Assembly: GCA_008369845.1 (NCBI GenBank)
Contig: MRSU01004364.1
Coordinates: 1-44,301, forward strand
DNA length: 44,301 nucleotides
Reading direction: 5' to 3'
From: Trichomonas gallinae
Taxonomy: Eukaryota
Of the stretch, positions 38,501-44,301 are shown one piece after another. Every line of letters starts with the position of its first letter. Position 1 is the first letter of the stretch. Position numbers and translations under genes: made by a program. The notes beneath the pieces were generated by a model. It was not told the DNA's origin, did no database searches, and saw only the letters and a program-made list of their open reading frames with translations.

Positions 38501-39984
38501 GGCTTTTCATTATTAATTTTCATTATTGTATTTGCGATTGTTGCTAGATACAAAAACAGTTTCTTGTCTTTTGAAAACAGACTTCTTACTAATTTGATTT
38601 CGACAATGAATCTTTCGAAAAGTTCGCTAAGAATTAATGGATTTTCGAGGAATGAATTCATGACTGTTTGTACAGAAGCTGAATTAGTATTTAATAATAT
38701 TCTGACTAAAAACGTTCTGCACAAGTTGACACTTTCAAAACCTTTTTGTGGTGAAAATGCAGAATATTCAGGTGAAAAGACGAAAGACTTGAATATTGTG
38801 TAGAGTGGATCTGGAAACTGCTCTTGTCTGTTGAAAGCAAATAGCAAAAATCTGACGAAAATGAAGAGATAATCCCAAACTCTTTCATTTTCAGAGTTCT
38901 TTTGTATGAGAGCAATCATGCCTCCGACTACATCTATGTAGAAATCGGGTTGGCTGCTAGTAATCTTTTCGAGGATTGGAATGTAGTTCGATATATATGG
39001 TGGACTTAATTTGTTTTTGTGAGCTTCTGGAAAAACGCAGAGAGGCTGAGTAATATCGACAACATCTGGAATAGAGAACTCCCCTTCTTTGTATTCTTCT
39101 TGAATCGTTGATTTTTCTGGAGTTTGGACATATGGTTCATTTTCGCAGACTTTAACCCAAAATAAGAGTGCAAGACTTGAAATGAAGTTTACGGATATCT
39201 TGGGATCAATGTATTTTGATACATCGCTGAAGAATGATAAAACGACAAAATCTAACTCCGATAAGTATGGGAATATTATATCGTATATTTCTTCTATAAC
39301 TGTGTGGTTTATATCTTTGGAGTATTTTTGCAGCAAAACTGTAATAATTGTTGTAAATTTAATCGATGAAGCTGGAAATTCGTTTTCAACGATGCCAATT
39401 GATGCTCGTAAAATGTCTGGAAGTATTTCGAATGAATAAGCTGGTAACTGCGATGACTCTAAATAAACATCTGAAATAAACGAATAACATTCATCAAAAA
39501 CATCAGGATGGATATGTAATTCTGTCATAGTTTTAATGAATATAAAGTGGCAATGTAAAAATATATTCGAGTATTCATTTATAGGATGAAATTCGAAGAT
39601 TCGCATAATTGTATGGAAGTTTTTGCTGATTTTTTCTATTCTTGCATTTATTACCCACATCATGAAATAGTGGACAAGATATGATGTGTAGTATGCTCGT
39701 AATCTGTCTGAAATTGAAATTAAAGATATGATTTTCTCAATTAAGCGATCTGGAGGACAGAAATTATATTCCACGTCACAGAATGGAACATGGAATTTCA
39801 CACCCTGTTCTATCTGCGATTTTATTTGTCGAATTGAATTTGGTTGCATTTGAATCAATGGATAGTCATTAACTTCATAGATATACCCTGCATCCTCTGC
39901 ATAATTTTGGAATTTAACTGTCGGACACTTCTCTAATATCTCGACAAATGTTCTTCCCAAATAAAATTCGACATCATAATTCAT
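32596..39984 (-). CDS. Beige/BEACH domain protein (ConA-like, ARM-like, PH, BEACH, WD40), 2462 aa
   Basis: BEACH motifs WVNGDISNFDYLMLLNLYSGRSFNDSAQYPFLPWVI, RELVPEFY, WIDLVWGYKQRG and GQIPPQLF (~33580-34440). Preceding PH-like segment (LRRKIHRPTAVEIF), ConA-like FTFTSWVY...KWFFIALTY (~37190-37520), and C-terminal WD-like repeats. The stop codon lies in a TAAA context. Confidence 0.95.
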   Translation of the reverse strand: MNYDVEFYLGRTFVEILEKCPTVKFQNYAEDAGYIYEVNDYPLIQMQPNSIRQIKSQIEQGVKFHVPFCDVEYNFCPPDRLIEKIISLISISDRLRAYYTSYLVHYFMMWVINARIEKISKNFHTIMRIFEFHPINEYSNIFLHCHFIFIKTMTELHIHPDVFDECYSFISDVYLESSQLPAYSFEILPDILRASIGIVENEFPASSIKFTTIITVLLQKYSKDINHTVIEEIYDIIFPYLSELDFVVLSFFSDVSKYIDPKISVNFISSLALLFWVKVCENEPYVQTPEKSTIQEEYKEGEFSIPDVVDITQPLCVFPEAHKNKLSPPYISNYIPILEKITSSQPDFYIDVVGGMIALIQKNSENERVWDYLFIFVRFLLFAFNRQEQFPDPLYTIFKSFVFSPEYSAFSPQKGFESVNLCRTFLVRILLNTNSASVQTVMNSFLENPLILSELFERFIVEIKLVRSLFSKDKKLFLYLATIANTIMKINNEKPKIAFLRLINEILKEGIMQKFAFATSEFSNFYVNLINYPSTKPNVLPIISSFLSKQPSTEFIVSVRTFLTKKCSEFPDTFAFDTVKEFIDFAMVDRAVLTNLSPLVDRILQSFITGLSKNEQLFNVISIDDVNQYVVSISMVAEPSDELMLIYQHMLEKSTLDSVLFEKLQKLIFDQKDEEKKIIKYPLIFKMLVNIFYPLFTTKVLDYISSLCNYSDLNCVSAHRADVNLYLTQKLLEERNGKTIDDELVDQILSLLHKIGSVISSPIIVNKYISLFCSQNGVLSKYYDMYLKVLSDWLQNNLVVPKETIPLEPLFAIEVKMNGAFNPNDGFTFTSWVYLDLVAFSRLFEIFEEKTSYIAFNFKNNKLIWDNGVLVEELPMKKWFFIALTYKAGTLDVFLDGKSIAKFDAVLNPINSKNLTIKIGGSQAKCGEIGSHGLFNSLSSSQIKSIFQLGPRNNDAPGISNLFYKNANEIIDLCSLTTKTVSQLNFAETIIRICKLDVLLPLFAQLDLKDANGNTSNRLSTVLNLIKNTITSNEEQEKNFHQEHGFEIIAHLLLSSKYSGFDYDTYILFYNVFIDLSNENLRIDILHYILLNFELWMSGDPLHFFKISSHWKTTLFPIAGPTIITFLSCSTLLNCMRIYCWYLPLETQLIRGDLERKSDMKTITSIRHHIMSIISENYMQHLNVSDFKLLLSQCMSCIDHNQVYDLLLLLNNFSTQSSMAASFFDSSAAYCGLHSLLLNSDEFVSTAAMELIVQIHHSGIIKSCSVQEHLEMIFHELKKGALTQGMLMKISIITQPNAPELFTICCYIANRLGAEENMRMLLERLEPDPDFCIPRNWCIWAVVAAVNSSEELMHMILEFLALCSAKEWLTIYTVIEHVCRAFEKPNEDVKSVYLNIILSLVLSGRVKLRTTDCEILFMMLSTYLFFRDSQTHNPILVELLKKEGIEVPLPTKITPQFREVSTVDQWDTFEANEIWLSAGVEDKNEAESVDIERIVFDTRVPSLQYSIGLRISIDCDWIDHEIAAKTLRVQMATKLPGFVDFCFLVCGFLVRTNHPQDEFLKAFEDTPSAYKDFAEGKQCLIEIRNSLFYHEVCDNTARLIDGLRSIRSEAFRKATEIFTLKPKDLEEFSSSNAFETQERIKEELEEGSKSWRVKWSHMTIENAPWDPRSKTNVKKHYKLAPIICGNNCQVLLKRNKNFDSHKIASELRDSGAVFEPAPKVQHKDRILHPLDIVENEKTFNNDNNSEFRIIFSTECELVTIKGEKTGFFEMLEDHLRIRIDKKRSILIKINDIEKILLRRKIHRPTAVEIFTYNGQTYFVNFMNFTGLGIIKELRRQYSSLSTKIQATDNYGEFFHSFGFTDKWVNGDISNFDYLMLLNLYSGRSFNDSAQYPFLPWVIKDYTSDKIDINDPKFYRDLTRPIGALGEERLQDLKSRLKDLIQFGVPAFLYSSYYITPLSLYLYLLRMEPFTTLHIEIQSGRFDNAARLFLSISGAYKSVNTQMNDYRELVPEFYCMPEFLMNIDKFDLGKTEGQRVNDVNLPPWSKNATDFVYKMRKFLESDIVSATLNDWIDLVWGYKQRGEMAAKYDNIFKHEMYDTIWKQEAANKSENSLRINEIESMINLVGQIPPQLFDDAHAKKTLNKRVTSCISRFIQKNLVLYPASFCSIEEVERGKVILDVLAADMLTKVTISMQNTGTTFEFNSNSTKGMIPLDICECVSLGSKLFVGIGNSRYDIIAFLTTTGACEILPRPRQLVSSISASRGYLAVASEDARVHIFKKQNLKVEISSIPSYRSSINCVCISDEFHTVICGTSDNALLFTSLATNETYRVVEIETTPRHLLVTGAWGFVCVYGDIIIDGIRNHYIDIFNINGMQIRHINVDFDIACWSSFKSQKSFDFIILGTTDGRVFIFEAYFGKIGFPVIDAGEEIKCVQFLPLSSVVIAVTSNRIIIAPFVIDENKLE

Positions 39985-40063
39985 TTTTGATTAGTTTTTA
40001 CAAATTCTGAATTCGAATTACATGCGCATAAATATTTAATAATAATTTTTGATTGATTTTTAA

Positions 40064-40115
40064 TTTGACACTATTTTGACATTTGACAATTTTTTGACAC
40101 TATTTTTTTTTGTCA
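40064..40115. promoter_or_regulatory. Cluster of four TTTGACA plus one TTTGTCA, 80-130 nt upstream of the BEACH start
   Basis: TTTGACA at 40064, 40075, 40082 and 40093; TTTGTCA at 40109. A regulatory role is inferred from position only. Confidence 0.4.
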
Positions 40116-40573
40116 TTACTTTTCTGTTCAATTAGAATTGTTTTCACTTGCATTTTTAGATCTTAATAATCGAAATTGTTAAATATATAATATTATATTA
40201 ATGAACAATCTATAGGGACATCTTCAGTTACCTGACAATGCTTTAACTTCATTATTTGATCTAAGGAAATATATCTAAGAGTGATTTTTATTGGGATATC
40301 GTCATTTGAACATTTGTAAATAGCGTAATGTAACAACACATTCACCTTCGCTTAATTGTCACATCCTTAACTTTATAAGTATTGTAATTAGTGGATAAGG
40401 GATAAGAAGTTTAATTTCTGCCCACTCATTTCATCTGTCAATTTTTTTTTGTCATATCGTTAATATATTTGTTATAAATAATCGATTTAAAGCTTTTAAC
40501 AATAGATTTTCTGAGATAAACTCGGTCAGAACTTGATTTTGTATGATGCATCAAAAAAAGGTTAATATATATA

Positions 40574-40581
40574 AAAGTGAC
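40574..40581 (+). promoter_or_regulatory. AAAGTGAC motif (recalled as T. vaginalis upstream motif M2)
   Basis: Exact AAAGTGAC ending 10 nt before the BspA-like ATG at 40592. Confidence 0.5.
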
Positions 40582-40591
40582 ATTTGTCCTA

Positions 40592-41324
40592 ATGCTCAAA
40601 TAGCTCGCATCACTAAACAGTCATTACCGATTACCAAGAATTCGAAATATTAAGCATTCCTTTTGAAGGTAAGACGGATGTTCCAATATATACATCAAAT
40701 GTACAAACAATTAAAAAAGTTATTATCGCAAATAATTTCTTACGAATACTTGATTTAACTTTTTATTCATATACAAATTTAGAAGATATTGTAATCCCTG
40801 ACTCTATTACTTATATTGGCGACAATGCCTTTGGGCAAGCAAAATTTGTCAATTTTACAATCGGACAAAGTATAAATTTTATTTCACAATATAATCCATT
40901 TGATGTTATGTATTCCCTTGAAAATATAACAGTCCATCCTCTGAATAAATATTTTGTTGATATTGATGGAATCCTATTTAGCAAAGATTTAACAATACTC
41001 TATTGTGTTCCTCCGAATTATTCCATTAAATGTTTAGTTTTACCATTTGGTATAAAAATTATTAATAGCTATTCTATAACTCGTTGTCAAAACATTGAAT
41101 ATATTATCATTCCAAATACAATTCAAAAACTTGAAAAATATTATTTTGCTGGTTCAACTAATATTAAAAAAATATACATACAATACAAAAAAATTAAACC
41201 AATAGATAATTCTGATCAAAAAGACTTCCCAACTTACCTCAAAGAAAATGAAGTATCATGCATATATAATTCATATTTTACTCATAATAACACTTTGTTG
41301 ATTGCAGTTATTATTCTTTTATAA
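40592..41324 (+). pseudogene. BspA-like (TpLRR) surface protein, disrupted at its 5' end
   Basis: The frame of ORF 40908-41324 is open from 40617 and includes YTNLEDIVIPDSITYIGDNAF, NKYFVDIDGILFSKDLTILYCVPP and NIEYIIIPNTIQKL. The likely start reads ATG CTC AAA TAG (40592-40603) and is one base out of frame. Hydrophobic C-terminal tail. Confidence 0.8.
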
Positions 41325-41454
41325 TTAAGTAATCACTTTTAAAATATTATTATGATAATATCATTTTTGAATGGGAATTGTTTTTTTTTTTTCAAAATAT
41401 AACCTTATCGTAAATTTAGCACTTTTTTTTGCAAATAAAATGTAAACAATAAAA

Positions 41455-41658
41455 GTGATATATGATCATAAAAAAATTAGACCAATTGACAATACAGGTC
41501 TAGAAGAAAAGATTGTTTATTTTAAAGAAACTGAATTTTCATGTAATTGTAACTCATACACGGTCTATAAAAATCTTTTAGTGCTTGTATTTGTAACAAG
41601 TTTCCTAATTGCTGCTTTGAATAACGGTTTTAAATTTAATATAATTCTATTGATATAA
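41455..41658 (+). pseudogene. Orphan diverged copy of the BspA-like gene's 3' end
   Basis: KKIRPIDNTGLEEKIVYFKETEFSCNCNSYTVYKNLLVLVFV aligns gap-free with KKIKPIDNSDQKDFPTYLKENEVSCIYNSYFTHNNTLLIAVI. No ATG start (GTG-called ORF). Confidence 0.7.
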
Positions 41659-42293
41659 ATGGATAAATTAATAATCTACTGTTAAAAAATGACGCATAAT
41701 TGCAAAGACATGTAAATAAACCTTTAAAAACAAGTATTTTTACCCATAAGCTTACAATATTAACATTTGTTTCATTTGAGGGAATTTTAGGATAGTTTGT
41801 AGTTTTCCCATTATATCCTATTGCAAAATACCAATTAGTTCCGCCAGGACAGCCATGAAGCAATACATTCTGGAAACGAGGATTGACAAGTCCTCCAAAA
41901 GTGCATAATGGATCTAATCTGTTGGCTTTGATATCTATTGGGTTATATCCTGAAACAAAATAATTTCTTCCGCCTGCATCTATTTCGTGGATAGGATTAT
42001 TGCTTTGTTGCCAAATATTATATCCTTTAATTTCATCATATATTAATGCAAACGTAAATTTTCCATTTTCATCTCTATGTTGGCGTCCTAAGGCTGATAG
42101 CAATGAGTATCTATTTGGATTTTTATTATATAATGCATCTCTAGAATTATTAAAAAATCCTTCGGATGGATTTGTAATATTTTGAAAGAAAATTTTTAAA
42201 TATAGACTATTATTGATGAAGCCAAGTTCATAGATGCCATTATGAAATATATTAGTTACAATTGAACTAATTCCAAAACATGGGACAAGTCAT
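41636..42293 (-). pseudogene. Trichomonad-expanded surface protein family member (probable fibrinogen-C-like fold), start out of frame
   Basis: The frame of ORF 41636-42103 extends to 42289 (LVPCFGISS...YLKIFFQNIT..GFFNNSRDALYNKNPNRYSLL). Motifs GYNIWQQSN, FGGL, LLHG, WYFAIGY and VSLWVKI. The ATG at 42293 is one base off frame; an in-frame ATG at 42334 is blocked by TAA TGA. The fold call is inference. Confidence 0.65.
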
Positions 42294-42341
42294 TATTTTA
42301 ACAATAATATTAATGACACTTTTGAATTTGACATTTTTATA

Positions 42342-42349
42342 GTCACTTT
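42342..42349 (-). promoter_or_regulatory. AAAGTGAC motif (M2-like) on the minus strand
   Basis: GTCACTTT on plus, upstream of the 41636-42293 gene. A variant AAAAGTGTC lies at 42315-42323. Confidence 0.45.
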
Positions 42350-42467
42350 TTAAGATGATTCTAAAAACTTTCAAAATTACTCTAATATTAATATATTTTA
42401 TAAACAATTAAGGTGTACGTCTGAAATAAATGTGCTAAAACCTAAACTAAAATTTCAATAATTTTGA

Positions 42468-43403
42468 TTATAGCTTAATATGATCACCAAATGCAGCAGT
42501 AGGACAAAGCCACAGTATATAGTTGTCATTACCACAAATTTCCCTCATAGCATCAACTGTTGATAATTGAGGCATCTGTATTTGTTTATGACGTGTAATT
42601 GTTGTAGCATTATCCAGTAGATCGATCATATTTAATGCAAAAGACCAAAATAGAACCAAAGTATAGATTAGTTCGATAGCTCCAGATCCAATCATCCAAA
42701 AAACAATTATAGGCTCCTTTGATTGATCAGGAACATCATTCATCATAAATCTCCAAAAGAACAAAGACATGGAGTATATTGCTCCATAAAAATTCATCAA
42801 AATAAATTGTTTGTGATTTCTTTTGCCAATCCAGTTCGTAATCCATCCACATATGTGATCTGCCCTTATTATGAATCTTCCCGTTGTTTTTGATAAAGAA
42901 CATGAAGGAGGTATATTCTCTTTTGCAAAATTATACTGTATTTCGTTCGTTATTGTACCTTCTACTATTTCTTCTGGTTTATACTTCGTTCTTTGTGTTT
43001 TAATCCAATTAAATGGCAAATAACCTGGATCAAATAACATCGCTGCGAAATATGACCAAACAAACAGAAATAGAATAATGGTTACTTCTATTCCTGAGAT
43101 TATTTTCAAATGAAGCTGTAATCTTGGATATGTAATGAAGATATAAGATGAATAAGCGAAGAAAATTAAAAACATGACTAAAATTGGCATAAATGGGGCA
43201 ATTTCCCAATACAAGCAGTATGATCTATTCAATTCGTCTATAACCATCCTCTTTTGACAACAACAGCATCCATCATATCTCCAATTCGATGTTTTCACTT
43301 GTAGGAACTTCTCTAAATTGCTATCCTCTATTGGACTAATCATTGTGTCGCCTGTATATTGGTTATTTGCAAGAAGTTCTTCCGATTCGAGTGACTCATG
43401 CAT
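42468..43403 (-). CDS. DHHC-family protein S-acyltransferase, DHIC variant, 311 aa
   Basis: Two TM segments, then DPGYLP, then RADHICGWITNWIGKRNHKQF, two more TM segments, a TTxE-like ATTIT and a C-terminal WLCP. Confidence 0.9.
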   Translation of the reverse strand: MHESLESEELLANNQYTGDTMISPIEDSNLEKFLQVKTSNWRYDGCCCCQKRMVIDELNRSYCLYWEIAPFMPILVMFLIFFAYSSYIFITYPRLQLHLKIISGIEVTIILFLFVWSYFAAMLFDPGYLPFNWIKTQRTKYKPEEIVEGTITNEIQYNFAKENIPPSCSLSKTTGRFIIRADHICGWITNWIGKRNHKQFILMNFYGAIYSMSLFFWRFMMNDVPDQSKEPIIVFWMIGSGAIELIYTLVLFWSFALNMIDLLDNATTITRHKQIQMPQLSTVDAMREICGNDNYILWLCPTAAFGDHIKL

Positions 43404-44016
43404 CCAAAATATGAAATAGAAAGATTTCGTTTACAAAAACATGTATTACACATAACAAGGCTTATAAATATAAACAAAAAATCAATTCGAATAAATTAAG
43501 GGGCTGAAAAATATGTTTAGGGTATAACAGTTATTCTATAATTGCCATTTGCTTTCATCAAGACACTTGATTCTAGCAGAACCATTTGCCTACATGGTAT
43601 CTACCAAGTAATTAAGGCATAATGAGATGGAATTATTCAGCTCGAAGAAGAGAAAGTTAATCCTCTCTTCAAGACAAAGTCAAACTCGTGAAAATTACGC
43701 AAAGTACTTTGATCATTAACATAATCTTCCATCATTATTTATTTCTTTGACAGAAAGAAAAATGTTTTTGAAAAAATCAATTCGATTAAAAACAACCAAC
43801 AGATTTCATTTATTAAACGATCCGTACTTATTGTCATCTTAGTATTTTATCATTATAACGAAATAGTCGTAGTATTATCAACAAATTACGTAATTTCAAA
43901 ATAATTAAATATCTGGAAACATTGAACGTAAATTTAAAAAAGACGAATAATATTATATGCATAAGATGAAATTGACAACATTCATTTGAAAAATGATATA
44001 TTCTAAAGGAATAAAT

Positions 44017-44301
44017 GAGCGATGACTGGATCAAATTATTATTTATTCTCAAAAAGTTACAGTTGGCGATGTTTAAACTTGCAAAACTTATAATTAAAAT
44101 TGAAAATATATTTAAAGCGATAATCCTATGCGAAGTTTTGTAACAAGGTAGAGAAAAAATCAAACATAAAAGATCAATACAAGAAAAAATATAGAACAAA
44201 CTAGGGGAGGTAAAAACAAGGAAAAGAAAAAACGAGCGATGACTGGACTTTAAATTGTTTATTCAACTTATTGTGTGTGTTATGTAATCTCAAAGGTCGC
44301 A
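44017..44301. repeat. Two diverged copies of a non-coding element sharing exact GAGCGATGACTGGA
   Basis: Identical 14-mer at 44017-44030 and 44234-44247. Both are preceded by AAGGAA and followed by CTCAAA(AA/G)GT(TA/CG)CA. The second copy runs off the window. Confidence 0.6.

Noticed and set aside
32718..39439. Short overlapping ORFs within the BEACH gene
   Set aside because: Fully nested in a well-supported CDS, with no recognisable domains.
40064..40100. TTGACA as bacterial -35 boxes
   Set aside because: Eukaryotic context and no correctly spaced TATAAT leading to a bacterial-type gene.
40541..40620. Possible intron (GTATGA or GTTAAT ... CACTAAACAG) rescuing the BspA start
   Set aside because: The 3' end lacks the ACTAAC-containing trichomonad branch/acceptor consensus. 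Splicing from 40561 gives the wrong frame, and splicing from 40541 leaves an in-frame TGA just upstream.
43834..44199. 121-aa hydrophobic minus-strand ORF
   Set aside because: TTG start, composition typical of T-rich non-coding DNA, and it overlaps the non-coding repeat.
44017..44301. tRNA, CRISPR or hammerhead interpretation of the 14-mer repeat
   Set aside because: No cloverleaf or GTTCRA loop, only two unevenly flanked copies, no cas genes, and no CTGATGA/GAAA core.

Overview
AT-rich eukaryotic DNA with no introns evident, most likely from a trichomonad (Trichomonas-like parabasalid). This is inferred from the gene families, the TCAYT initiator and AAAGTGAC motifs, and TAAA stop/poly(A) overlaps. 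Five intact minus-strand genes dominate: a 3923-aa LRR plus coiled-coil protein whose N-terminus resembles centriolin/CEP110, an R2R3-Myb factor, a 4466-aa low-complexity repeat protein, a 2462-aa BEACH/WD40 protein, and a DHHC-family acyltransferase with a DHIC motif that has lost most zinc ligands. Between them lie disrupted members of expanded families: a protein kinase, two beta-helix/Pmp-like genes, a BspA-like LRR gene with a duplicated 3' end, and a probable fibrinogen-like-fold gene. Three of these are broken within their first ~10 codons. No rRNA, tRNA, CRISPR array or recognisable transposase was seen. The best leads are the centriolin-like head, a shared [S/T]C plus hydrophobic C-terminal tail on unrelated surface families next to the atypical DHIC enzyme, the start-proximal lesions, and several unexplained non-coding repeats. 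All family assignments come from manual motif reading, not database searches.
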